Assembly: GCA_003554845.1 (NCBI GenBank)
Contig: PWHK01000017.1
Span: 77,242 to 134,519 of the forward strand
DNA from: Candidatus Aenigmatarchaeota archaeon
GTDB lineage: Archaea; Aenigmatarchaeota; Aenigmatarchaeia; PWEA01
Reading direction: 5' to 3'
DNA length: 57,278 nucleotides
Program-made: the position numbers and the translations under genes
Part shown: positions 1 through 8,195 of the stretch, one piece after another
Layout of the letters: each line of letters opens with the position of its first letter
Position numbering within the stretch: the first letter of the stretch is position 1
Notes under the pieces: model-generated
The model's database searches: none
Seen by the model: only the letters and a program-made list of their open reading frames with translations
Told to the model about the DNA's origin: nothing

Positions 1-1661
1 TTTACTGTAAACCTGAGATCTGTGAAATCGTTGTATGGATACAGTCTTTTCCAGACCTTTGTAAGTGTTTTGTTGACATCTTCTATAAATCTAGATCTCA
101 GCTCATCCTGGGTTGACTTGAGTGCACTTCTGAACTTTTTGAGGCTTCTCACAGTCTTTTCTGATCTTTCTATGCCATCCTTCAACTTTTCATATCTTTT
201 CTTTCTCCTTCCGAGATTTTCCTTCTCCCTTTTTCTTTCCTCGAGAATTTCATTCTTGCTTTGGATTCTTTCCTTCATCTTTTCTCTCTTCCCCGAAAGA
301 TTGTTTATCTCTTCCTGTTTTTCCTCGAGCCCTTCGAAGTCATATTTCTTTCTTTTATCTTCCAACTCCTTCTTTATTTTCTCCAGCTTCCCCCGTTTTT
401 CCTCGATCTTTTTCTCCTTTGTTTTTATATCTTCTATAATGTCTCTCTGTTTCTTGAGTTCCTTCTTTTTCTCTTCCAGTTCCTCCTCCTTTTCATCTAT
501 TTTTCCTATCTTCTCTTCTAAGCACTCTATTCCTTTTTCTAAACCTTCCTTTTCCTTGCCGAGCTTGGAGATCTTCTTTCTCCTTTCTTGAATCAATCTC
601 TTTCTTTGTTTTTCCTCAAGATCTCTTTCACATGTCGGACATTCACCGTGGATCCCCTTTACTTTCTGTATTCTTCTCTGTAGGTTTCTTATTCTTACCT
701 TTCTGTCCCTTTTGTCCTCTTTAAAATCATCTAAATCCTCTTTAAGATCTTTTTTACTGTTTTTGAGGTTTTTAAGCTCTTTTTCTGCATTTTTCAGTTC
801 TTTTTCAGTTTTATCCTTTGATATGTCTTCTTTGGGCCTTTTGGACTGTATTTCTTCCTTTAAATTTGATATAACTCCTTGTAAAACACTTTTTTTATTT
901 TGAAGTTTTTTTATCTGCCCTGAGGCATCCTTGACCTCCTTTATCTCTTCTTTCAGTTTTCTGTACTGTTTGTTTACGCTTCCGGCATTCTCCTTGAGAT
1001 CTTCTATAAGACAGTCCAGTTTCTCTATATCCTCTTCAATCTTTTCTATCCTTCCGAAATTCTCCTGATCCTCCATGTCCTCCAGTACACTCTTTCTTGA
1101 ATCAATCCTATCTCCGAGTCTGTTGATTAGCGTTGTGATATTTCCTCTGCATTTCTCAAACCTGTCTATCTGGAGAAGGTTGTCTATCTTCTTCATACGT
1201 TCCCCCTTCCTTATCTCCAAGAAGTTGTCCAGGCCGTCCTGCTCCGAATACACAGCCCGCGAGAAAAGACTGTAGTCAACCTTCAGGGTTTCCCCTACGA
1301 TTTCAGTTACCCTGGAAGGACCTGTGTCGATTATCTCTCCGTTCTTTCTTATGCTGGCCTCTGTGGTTCCTTTTCCCCTTTCTACAGTTCTACTGACCTC
1401 AAATTCTTCTCCGTCCACAGAAAAAAACAGGCTTATCTCGGCACTTTCCTTTTTGTGAGGCCTTTCCATTATAGTATCATCCAGTGTAACTTCCCTCGAC
1501 CTATGTGAAGGAAATGTTCCAAAAAGTGCAAATGAAATTGCAGAGAGAACAGAGCTTTTGCCTGAGCCCATGACTCCGACCAGAACATTGGTACCTTTAC
1601 CGAATTCGAACTCAGAATCTAAGTGACTCTTCCAGTTCTTGATCTTCAGTCCTTTTATCAT
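1..1661 (-). CDS. rad50: Rad50 DNA double-strand-break repair ATPase, N-terminal ~553 codons (3' end runs off the left window edge)
   Basis: Hand translation of the minus strand from the ATG at 1659-1661 gives MIKGLKIKNWKSHLDSEFEFGKGTNVLVGVMGSGKSS (Walker A), then a long K/E-rich coiled coil. An in-frame zinc hook CPTC sits at codons 341-344 (nt 630-641). The track lists no minus-strand ORF here, consistent with one frame open to nt 1. The + strand ORFs listed here are antisense shadows. Confidence 0.9.
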   Translation of the reverse strand, partial: MIKGLKIKNWKSHLDSEFEFGKGTNVLVGVMGSGKSSVLSAISFALFGTFPSHRSREVTLDDTIMERPHKKESAEISLFFSVDGEEFEVSRTVERGKGTTEASIRKNGEIIDTGPSRVTEIVGETLKVDYSLFSRAVYSEQDGLDNFLEIRKGERMKKIDNLLQIDRFEKCRGNITTLINRLGDRIDSRKSVLEDMEDQENFGRIEKIEEDIEKLDCLIEDLKENAGSVNKQYRKLKEEIKEVKDASGQIKKLQNKKSVLQGVISNLKEEIQSKRPKEDISKDKTEKELKNAEKELKNLKNSKKDLKEDLDDFKEDKRDRKVRIRNLQRRIQKVKGIHGECPTCERDLEEKQRKRLIQERRKKISKLGKEKEGLEKGIECLEEKIGKIDEKEEELEEKKKELKKQRDIIEDIKTKEKKIEEKRGKLEKIKKELEDKRKKYDFEGLEEKQEEINNLSGKREKMKERIQSKNEILEERKREKENLGRRKKRYEKLKDGIERSEKTVRSLKKFRSALKSTQDELRSRFIEDVNKTLTKVWKRLYPYNDFTDLRFTV

Positions 1662-1675
1662 CTTGTTTCAGAATT

Positions 1676-2149
1676 TCAGTCCATCAGATAAAGATCCTTT
1701 TTCTTATCCATATTGAGGAAAACGTCTGCTGCTTCTACTAGTTCACCTGCAGTGGACTTTCCAAAGGACATAACTTCAACCTGTAGACCTTCTGATTTAA
1801 GATGTCTTACAAGCGAGCTGAAGTCTCCATCTCCTGTTACGAGAACTGCAACATCTATTCTGTCTGCTATTTCTATTGCATCTATTGCTATACCCATGTC
1901 CCAGTCGCCCTTCTTACTTCCACCATAGAACTCCTTTAGGTCCTTTTTCTTTACCTGGAAGCCTATTTCACTCAGTGCTTCAAAGAAGTTTTCTTCGTCT
2001 CTTGTCTCTGCCTTGATAACATATGCTATTGCTCTCACTAGTTCTCTGTTGTCTTCTGCCACCTCTATAAGCGAGGAGTAGTCTACCTTACTGTCGTAGA
2101 TATTTTTTGCAGAGTAGTACATGTTCTGTATATCAACGAATACAGCCAC
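1676..2149 (-). CDS. NYN/LabA-like (DUF88) PIN-fold nuclease domain protein
   Basis: 157-aa ORF. MAVFVDIQNMYY and VAVLVTGDGDFSSLVRHLKSEGLQVEVMSFG match the LabA-like NYN signature (GDxDF followed by G..V.V). Its stop lies 14 nt upstream of the rad50 ATG. Confidence 0.75.
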   Translation of the reverse strand: MAVFVDIQNMYYSAKNIYDSKVDYSSLIEVAEDNRELVRAIAYVIKAETRDEENFFEALSEIGFQVKKKDLKEFYGGSKKGDWDMGIAIDAIEIADRIDVAVLVTGDGDFSSLVRHLKSEGLQVEVMSFGKSTAGELVEAADVFLNMDKKKDLYLMD

Positions 2150-2254
2150 TCTCTGATTCTTAAAAGAAGATTTTCTAATATTCTCACCTCTTGTTTTATA
2201 CTTAAATCCGACTTTTCACATACAACTCTCTCTACAAGAATTTAAAACTTTAGT

Positions 2255-3529
2255 TTATTTTATCCACCAATCTTCTTCCTTCGATGTTTGACCTCCCTTG
2301 TCTTCCTCTCTGTCCAGTTCCTGTATTTTATCCATGGCAGCTTCGATGTTGCCCTGAACGAGATCTTCAAAGACAACATCCGGACTTATATCAACACCCG
2401 TTTCTTCTAATTTGTTCTGGAGTATACCCATGCCCATTTCCTCTACGGAGAGTTTTCTGTCATGTATATTTTCGTGGGATACACCTCCTCCGTTCATTTT
2501 CTTTTCCTTTAGATCTTCGGAAAAACTTACCAGGGCCTTTTCTCTGTACTTTTCACCTATCTTTGATAGATTTACATCCGCCGGACTGATTCCCTTTTGC
2601 AGGTCCCCTGCTGCCTTTATCCTTACAAGAGGCTTCCTTTCTGATTCCTGTATATCCTCGAGAAAGAGGGACACCTTTTTTTCCACAGTCCTTGTATCTG
2701 CGTCTTCGAACTCCATCTTTTTGTATACGAATTTCCTTGGAGCCTCGATTTCAACGAACTCAACTTCCTCCCTTTGTGTGGATACGGTGTAGAATCCCTT
2801 TGGGGTTTCGGACTCCCTTTTCTTTAGTTGTGTCGGGATAAGGCTGCCCGGAATTAAAAACGGACTCCCATTTACTTTCTGCCTATCTTTCCAGTGTATG
2901 TGGCCCGAAACATAGAGATCAAAGCCACCCGGAAGATCTTCCAATCCGAGTTCCGGAGGCCTAACAGGATTGTATATGTACTCCTCTAGGTCCTGGTGTA
3001 TTACAAATATGTTGTAGGCGTCGTCGAAGGGTTCGGGATCCCACTTTTTCAGGACCTCCTTGGAGTATTTTTCCGGAACACCACCCATCCCATGTATACC
3101 TATTTTCTCGCCCTTTACATCCAGCTCAACTGAGCTGCAGTGAAGATGTACAAGGAATCCTGCATCTTCCATCGCGCCTATACTGTTTCTTTCTCTGTTT
3201 GTCCTTCTTTCGTGGGTTCCGTGTATTGCAACCACAGGAATTCCTCCGACGGCCTCTTCGGGAACCCCTTTCCTTCCTCTTGTCCTGCTGACTTCCACCT
3301 CTCCTCTTCCCAAGGGCGATAGTATATTCATAAATCTTGACCAGTGCTCGGGTCTTGGAAGTCTTGAATCAAAAATATCACCGGCAACAACCACGATATC
3401 GGATTCCATATCAACTACCTTTTCAAAGGCCCTTTCTGTGGCAATAAAGGCATCCTCCTCCCTCTCCGTGCCCCTTTTGAATCCAAGATGCAGATCCGAC
3501 ATGATCGATATCTTTGCCATTAGAATCAT
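2255..3529 (-). CDS. mre11: Mre11 DNA repair nuclease (calcineurin-like metallophosphoesterase)
   Basis: 424-aa ORF with Mre11 phosphoesterase motifs SDLHLG, VVVAGDIFD, AIHGTHERR and VSGHIHW. Same strand as, and upstream of, the NYN gene and rad50. The true start may be the second Met (MAKISIM). Confidence 0.9.
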   Translation of the reverse strand: MILMAKISIMSDLHLGFKRGTEREEDAFIATERAFEKVVDMESDIVVVAGDIFDSRLPRPEHWSRFMNILSPLGRGEVEVSRTRGRKGVPEEAVGGIPVVAIHGTHERRTNRERNSIGAMEDAGFLVHLHCSSVELDVKGEKIGIHGMGGVPEKYSKEVLKKWDPEPFDDAYNIFVIHQDLEEYIYNPVRPPELGLEDLPGGFDLYVSGHIHWKDRQKVNGSPFLIPGSLIPTQLKKRESETPKGFYTVSTQREEVEFVEIEAPRKFVYKKMEFEDADTRTVEKKVSLFLEDIQESERKPLVRIKAAGDLQKGISPADVNLSKIGEKYREKALVSFSEDLKEKKMNGGGVSHENIHDRKLSVEEMGMGILQNKLEETGVDISPDVVFEDLVQGNIEAAMDKIQELDREEDKGGQTSKEEDWWIK

Positions 3530-3570
3530 GGACTATTTACTTCTTCAACTTTAAATGATTTCAGACAACA

Positions 3571-3585
3571 TTTTAAAAATAAATT
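3571..3585 (+). promoter_or_regulatory. TATA-box-like element upstream of tRNA-Pro
   Basis: TTTTAAAAATAAATT ends 13 nt before the tRNA 5' end at 3598, so its centre is about 20 nt upstream. This is typical archaeal box A spacing. Confidence 0.35.
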
Positions 3586-3597
3586 ACTTGGCCTTTT

Positions 3598-3719
3598 GGG
3601 CCGGTGGTGTAGCCAGAAGAAAAGGTTCCTTTTCATTTTGTAGGAACCTAGCTTCCTACAATGGACTAGCATCGGGCGTTCGGGGCGCCCAGACCCGAGT
3701 TCAAATCTCGGCCGGCCCA
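3598..3719 (+). tRNA. tRNA-Pro (anticodon CGG) interrupted by a ~47-nt non-canonical intron in the D-loop
   Basis: Acceptor GGGCCGG/CCGGCCC. T arm CCGAG-TTCAAAT-CTCGG. Anticodon arm GGGCG-TTCGGGG-CGCCC (CGG at 34-36). Discriminator A, no encoded CCA. Removing 3615-3661 restores the conserved D-loop TAGCC|TGGA (A14, G18G19, A21) and a GTGT/GCAT D stem. The intron carries an 8-bp hairpin, AGGTTCCT/AGGAACCT. Confidence 0.7.
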
Positions 3720-3769
3720 TCAAATAGATGCATCTAATGTAGTATTTAGAAAAAGCAAATCAGTATCTT

Positions 3770-5764
3770 CTATGCAATTCCTGTACCTGCTTCTAGGTCC
3801 CTTTCAGGTTCGAGCACAACAGGTTCCTTGTTTCCTGCAACTGCAGCGAGAATCATACATTCGCTCTTGACGCCCATCAACTCCGAGGGCTCCAGGTTTA
3901 CAAGTACAGGTACCTTTCTTCCTTCAAGCTCTTCCTTTATGTAGTGTCCCTTGAACCCAGCTACCGACTGTTTGGTTTCTTCTCCGACGTCTACTGTAAG
4001 TTTGAACAGGTTTTTAGAACCCTCTATATCCTCTGCTTTCTTTATTTCACCGATTCTGATGTCAAGCTTCTTGAATTCATCAAAACTGATCATGTTTTTT
4101 TCACCTCCCTCTTTTGTAAATTTGGGTATGTTTTCCTTTTCAACCTTTTCAAAAAGTGGTTCGGGATCTTTTATAGTTTTTCCTCTGAGATCTATCTTCT
4201 TTGCACGCTCCCAATCTTCTTCGTGTATTTTACCTTCTTCATTGAGAAAGTCCCATATCTTTTCGGCGGTTTCCGGCATGAAGGGCTCCGATACTATTGC
4301 AAGTGATTTTACGACATTGAGGCAGATAAGCATGGTTTCTTTGCAGCCCTCCTCGTCGTCTTTAATATTTTTCCATGGTTCCTTTTCTTGGAAGTAGCTA
4401 TTTCCCTTGGACGAAAGCCTCACAACTTCGTTCATGGCCTTCTTAAACCGGAATTCTTCTATGTATCTTTCTATAGCTTCTACGCTCCTGATCACGTCCT
4501 CCCAGAATCCGTCTTCGCCTGCATCTATGTCTGGTATTTCAGAGTCGAAATTATCCTTGAGGAACTTCAGTGTCCTGTGTATATAGTTTCCAAATGAGTC
4601 GGTGAGCTCATTGTTTATCTTATCCTGAAATATATCCCAAGAAAACCTGATATCGCTATCCCTTGGGTAGAGCGACATGAGCACAAATCTCCAGTAGTCA
4701 CTTTCTCTGATCTTCAGGGCACTCTCCAGGTTGAGACCCTTTCCACGGCTCTTTGAGAACTTTATATCTCCTGCTGTGAGAAAGGCTCCTGCCATTATTT
4801 TATCTGCCAGATGCCAGTTCTCTCCTGTTCCCTTGAGAACACTTGGAAAGAGTACCGTGTGGAAGGGAACGTTGTCCTTTCCCATGAACTGCACATACTT
4901 AACATCATTGTTTTTCCACCATTTTTTCCAGTCTTCGTTGTTTTCCTTTGCCCAGGTTCTTGTGGCCCCTATATATCCTATCGGGGCATCGAACCATACG
5001 TAGAAAACCTTGTCTTCGTATCCTTCCTTTGGAACACTGAATCCCCAGCTTGCGTCCCTTGTTATGCATCTTTCTCTGAGACCACCATCAAGCCAAGAAA
5101 AACTCTCTTTCTCTGTGATTTTATTTCCTGCAACTCCAGGCACCCAGTCCTTCAACCAGTCTTCGAAATCCTGGAGGCGGAAGAAGAGATGCTTTGACTT
5201 CCGGAAGTCTATATCTCCCTTTCCACAGTGTATGCAGTAGGAATCTACTATATCCTTTGGGTCGAGAAGTGTTCCGCAGTCATCGCACTGGTCTCCCCTT
5301 GCGAGGCCACCGCATTCGGGACATTCGCCCTCTATCCATCTATCGGCTAGATACTTTTCGCAGTTTTGGCAGTATGTTACATCTATCTCCCTTTCATCTA
5401 TGTAGCCGTTTTCGTCTATTTTTTTGAAAATATGTTCTGTGGTTTCTCTATTTTCCTCCGAGTTCGTTATGCCGTAGTATGAGAAGTCGAAGTTGAACTG
5501 CTCCAGAAGGGATTTAACCCTTTTGTGGCTTTCATAAACAAGGTCCTCTGTTTCCATTCCTCTTTTCTGTGCCTCTATTTCATGCATGGTTCCATGTGAG
5601 TCCGATCCACAGATATAAAGGGTATCCCTGCCTCTGAGCCTCTGATACCTGTAGTATACGTCTGCAGGCAGTATAGAAGTTATGATATTGCCAAGATGTG
5701 GAATTCCGTGTATGTAGGGCAGTGCAGAGGTTATAAGTATCTTTTTGTCAGACATAAATCCCAC
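3770..5764 (-). CDS. metG: methionyl-tRNA synthetase with C-terminal EMAP/Trbp111-like tRNA-binding domain
   Basis: 664 aa. HIGH-type motif PYIHGIPHLGN, KMSKS-type motif KFSKSRG, and zinc knuckles CQNC..CPEC..CDDC..CIHC. The C-terminal ~100 aa resemble the OB-fold tRNA-binding domain. Confidence 0.95.
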   Translation of the reverse strand: MGFMSDKKILITSALPYIHGIPHLGNIITSILPADVYYRYQRLRGRDTLYICGSDSHGTMHEIEAQKRGMETEDLVYESHKRVKSLLEQFNFDFSYYGITNSEENRETTEHIFKKIDENGYIDEREIDVTYCQNCEKYLADRWIEGECPECGGLARGDQCDDCGTLLDPKDIVDSYCIHCGKGDIDFRKSKHLFFRLQDFEDWLKDWVPGVAGNKITEKESFSWLDGGLRERCITRDASWGFSVPKEGYEDKVFYVWFDAPIGYIGATRTWAKENNEDWKKWWKNNDVKYVQFMGKDNVPFHTVLFPSVLKGTGENWHLADKIMAGAFLTAGDIKFSKSRGKGLNLESALKIRESDYWRFVLMSLYPRDSDIRFSWDIFQDKINNELTDSFGNYIHRTLKFLKDNFDSEIPDIDAGEDGFWEDVIRSVEAIERYIEEFRFKKAMNEVVRLSSKGNSYFQEKEPWKNIKDDEEGCKETMLICLNVVKSLAIVSEPFMPETAEKIWDFLNEEGKIHEEDWERAKKIDLRGKTIKDPEPLFEKVEKENIPKFTKEGGEKNMISFDEFKKLDIRIGEIKKAEDIEGSKNLFKLTVDVGEETKQSVAGFKGHYIKEELEGRKVPVLVNLEPSELMGVKSECMILAAVAGNKEPVVLEPERDLEAGTGIA

Positions 5765-5783
5765 TAAGAATGGATCCTTGAGA

Positions 5784-5793
5784 TTTATAAAAA
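5784..5793 (-). promoter_or_regulatory. TATA-box-like element upstream of metG
   Basis: The minus strand reads TTTTTATAAA 20-29 nt upstream of the metG ATG (5764), implying a very short or absent leader. Confidence 0.35.
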
Positions 5794-5817
5794 CCCTCTG
5801 ATCGTGGTTCTCTGTGT

Positions 5818-5952
5818 CTATTCCTCTTTCTTTGTAAAGTGCTTTATTATCACATATGTGAGAACTATTACGAACAGTAGCGCAAGAAATGCAACTATTC
5901 CGTGGAAAAGCATCTCAAAGAACTCTATATTGATAAATTCTTCTGCTGGCAT
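5818..5952 (-). CDS. possible 44-aa single-pass membrane peptide
   Basis: Hand translation: MPAEEFINIEFFEMLFHGIVAFLALLFVIVLTYVIIKHFTKKEE. One clear hydrophobic helix. It is below the ORF-track size cut-off and has no similarity I recognise. Confidence 0.3.
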   Translation of the reverse strand: MPAEEFINIEFFEMLFHGIVAFLALLFVIVLTYVIIKHFTKKEE

Positions 5953-6043
5953 GGTAACACCTTAGATTGTAAAGTGCCCCTTCTTTTTAATGTTATTCCC
6001 GGTGAAAGCTTAAAAACAATACAGAGAATAATAAAATGATAGC

Positions 6044-6535
6044 ATGCCAGAGAAAGACGTTGAAGAGATAAAGGACGAGATATACTCCTCCTTTTCCAAT
6101 ACTGCTTCTTCTATAGGCTACGATGAAATACACGGGAGGATAATAGCTGCACTTATAATGGATGGCGAAGAGATGTCGCTTCAGGAACTGTCCAAGGAAA
6201 CAGGTTACAGCTCGTCGTCGATCTCGCTTTCCCTTGATCTTCTAGAAGTTCTTGGTATAATAGAAAAGGTCAAGAAAAAAGGAGATAGGAAGCTGTATGT
6301 CAGAATGGAGGGCGATATACTCCAAGGACTGAAACAGGCCATAGTTATACAGCTACAGAAGACCATAGCCTCGACTGTTGAGAGTCTTGATGTGAGAGAA
6401 GAGAAACTTGTGTCGATGTCCTCTAAAGAATCAGACAACGTACTGAAGGGCCTCCGGACACTGAACAAAGAGATGGGGAGGCTGGAAAAATACGTGGATA
6501 AACTCTCCCAGGTCGAAATACCAGAAAGGGATTAG
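6044..6535 (+). CDS. winged-helix transcriptional regulator (MarR/GbsR-like)
   Basis: 163 aa. The segment EEMSLQELSKETGYSSSSISLSLDLLEVLGIIEKVKKKGDRKLYV has the helix-turn-helix plus wing pattern of MarR/GbsR-type regulators. The C-terminus is coiled-coil-like. Confidence 0.55.
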   Translation: MPEKDVEEIKDEIYSSFSNTASSIGYDEIHGRIIAALIMDGEEMSLQELSKETGYSSSSISLSLDLLEVLGIIEKVKKKGDRKLYVRMEGDILQGLKQAIVIQLQKTIASTVESLDVREEKLVSMSSKESDNVLKGLRTLNKEMGRLEKYVDKLSQVEIPERD

Positions 6536-6536
6536 T

Positions 6537-6671
6537 ATGAATGGTATATGCCAGTCGTGTGGTAAGAAAAAGGAAGCACTGAGAGGCTGTCCTATCTGTG
6601 GTGCAGTAGTCTGCTCCGACTGTTTCCTCGACGAGGGATGCAAGATCTGTAGAGGGAGGGTCCAAGGGTAA
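6537..6671 (+). CDS. 44-aa zinc-ribbon peptide (four CxxC pairs)
   Basis: Hand translation: MNGICQSCGKKKEALRGCPICGAVVCSDCFLDEGCKICRGRVQG. The ATG is 1 nt after the stop of the upstream regulator gene. It is below the ORF-track cut-off. Confidence 0.4.
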   Translation: MNGICQSCGKKKEALRGCPICGAVVCSDCFLDEGCKICRGRVQG

Positions 6672-6673
6672 TT

Positions 6674-7228
6674 CTAAAGCCCGAGTTTCTCGTGTACGTT
6701 TTCCATGGCTTCCAGTGAAAGTTCCACAAACTCCTCGAGATTTAGTCCCAGTTTTTCACAGTATCTGATTCTGTCCCTGTCTATATTTTTTGCAAATGAA
6801 CTGTCGTCTATCTTTTTCATTATCGACTCCTTTCTTACCTCTTCCAGTGTGGAGTTTGGCATCACAAGGGCAGTTGCAACTATTAGTCCTGAAATTGCAT
6901 CGGAAGCTATCAAAGCCTTCGACATCTTACTCTCTGGTTCAGTTCCGGAGTACATTGAGTTGTGTGCCTCTATGGCTTCAAGACAACCATCCGGAAGACA
7001 GTCTTCCAGCATTTCAGCAGACTTTACTCCGTGTTTTTCGGGTTCGTTCTTGGTTTTTTCGTAGTCTATATCATGTAAAAGCCCCACGGCCTTCCATTCT
7101 TTTTTGTTCCCATCGAACTCCCTGGCCAGCCTCTCCATGATGGCAGATACTGCATACATGTGTTTTCTGAGGTTTTTTGTATCGACCTCTTCTCTGACCA
7201 TATCCAATGCCCTGTCTTCGTTTATCAT
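6674..7228 (-). CDS. HD-domain metal-dependent phosphohydrolase
   Basis: 184 aa with H..HDIDYEK ([10 protein letters not shown]) and a downstream conserved His/Asp pattern typical of small HD hydrolases. Confidence 0.7.
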   Translation of the reverse strand: MINEDRALDMVREEVDTKNLRKHMYAVSAIMERLAREFDGNKKEWKAVGLLHDIDYEKTKNEPEKHGVKSAEMLEDCLPDGCLEAIEAHNSMYSGTEPESKMSKALIASDAISGLIVATALVMPNSTLEEVRKESIMKKIDDSSFAKNIDRDRIRYCEKLGLNLEEFVELSLEAMENVHEKLGL

Positions 7229-7268
7229 AGGCTAAAGTAGTTTCAGAACTGTATAAATATTTTATCCA

Positions 7269-8153
7269 TCAGGAAGAAAATCCGAATATTCCAGCAAGTT
7301 CCCTTTCTTCTCTGAGTCCAAGATATTCCATGAAGTTAATCTGGGCCCTGTAGAACCTTCCAAGTGAGTTAAATGAGAACTGGTATATCCTGTAGGGTCC
7401 AATAAGAGGAAGTGAGTGGTAGTGGCGTACAATGGACTGTATTTCATCATCACCGTATTCCCTGAAAATCCTTTCTATTATTTCTCTGTCATCTATTCCT
7501 ATCTCGCCTTCTTCGTCGAAGGATCCGAGGACAGAAAGTATAAACTGTTCCAGATCCTTTGCCTTCTTTTCCTTTTCGTGGAGATCTTCGTCGTAGACTA
7601 CCTCGAAGTCTATCCAGTATATTTTCTCGTCTTCGCCTATTATGCAGTTGTTCGTATTTGGTTCTCCGTGGAATACATCCATGTCATGTAGTTTTCTGAG
7701 AACCCTGGCCATATCCAGTATAATGTCTTCCTTTTCTTCGTCGCTTATATCCGATCTGAGAACCTCGGCGGCAGGCTCTCCATTTATCTTTTCCATGAGC
7801 ACAGCGTTTTCAAAGGGCTTGTGGTCTGCAACCATCTCGGGGTAGATTTTTTTCAGGCTTTCCACTTCTCTTTCCTTCCACCTTTTGTTGTCAAGTATCT
7901 TTGTGTTTTTGAGTCCTGATATGATCCTAGAGAAGTTACTTAAAAGTCCGCTTATGAGAAAAACCGGTGGCCTTATTTTGACAAGGTAGCTGCTGTCTTC
8001 ATCTTTTATTTCCTTTATGACACTACTGAAGTTCATACAGTTTTCGTCTTCCATGTTCTGGAAGAGATTTACTTTAGATCTGCTCTCCTCCACAACCTTC
8101 CTTATCTCGGAGACGGGAACTTTCAAGTCTTTGTAATCCTTTGAACTTCCCAT
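7269..8153 (-). CDS. protein-kinase-like fold protein (RIO/Bud32/Kdo-kinase-related)
   Basis: 294 aa. LHDMDVFHGEPNTNNCIIGEDEKIYWIDFE resembles the catalytic-loop/DFG-equivalent region of Bud32/RIO/Kdo-type small kinases (HGD...N....IDF). Confidence 0.45.
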   Translation of the reverse strand: MGSSKDYKDLKVPVSEIRKVVEESRSKVNLFQNMEDENCMNFSSVIKEIKDEDSSYLVKIRPPVFLISGLLSNFSRIISGLKNTKILDNKRWKEREVESLKKIYPEMVADHKPFENAVLMEKINGEPAAEVLRSDISDEEKEDIILDMARVLRKLHDMDVFHGEPNTNNCIIGEDEKIYWIDFEVVYDEDLHEKEKKAKDLEQFILSVLGSFDEEGEIGIDDREIIERIFREYGDDEIQSIVRHYHSLPLIGPYRIYQFSFNSLGRFYRAQINFMEYLGLREERELAGIFGFSS

Positions 8154-8195
8154 TCTACCATATTTTTAAGTTAAGTACAACAATATAAATACCTT

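Noticed and set aside
22-1275. Several + strand ORFs (22-591, 261-521, 712-903, 1075-1275) with S/F/L-rich low-complexity translations
   Set aside because: They are the antisense image of the K/E-rich Rad50 coiled coil. The minus strand carries a continuous, motif-bearing Rad50 frame (Walker A, CPTC hook).
3615-3661. Attempt to draw a canonical bulge-helix-bulge motif around the proposed tRNA-Pro intron
   Set aside because: I can pair GTAG(3609-12)/CTAC(3656-59) and GAAG(3616-19)/CTTC(3652-55) with a 3-nt bulge at the 5' junction. The 3' junction does not fall in the matching bulge. I therefore report the intron from cloverleaf logic only and do not claim a BHB.
3526-3737. ORFs 3526-3723 (-) and 3555-3737 (+), 60-65 aa
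   Set aside because: Both lie across the tRNA-Pro gene and its promoter. The translations have no protein-like features.
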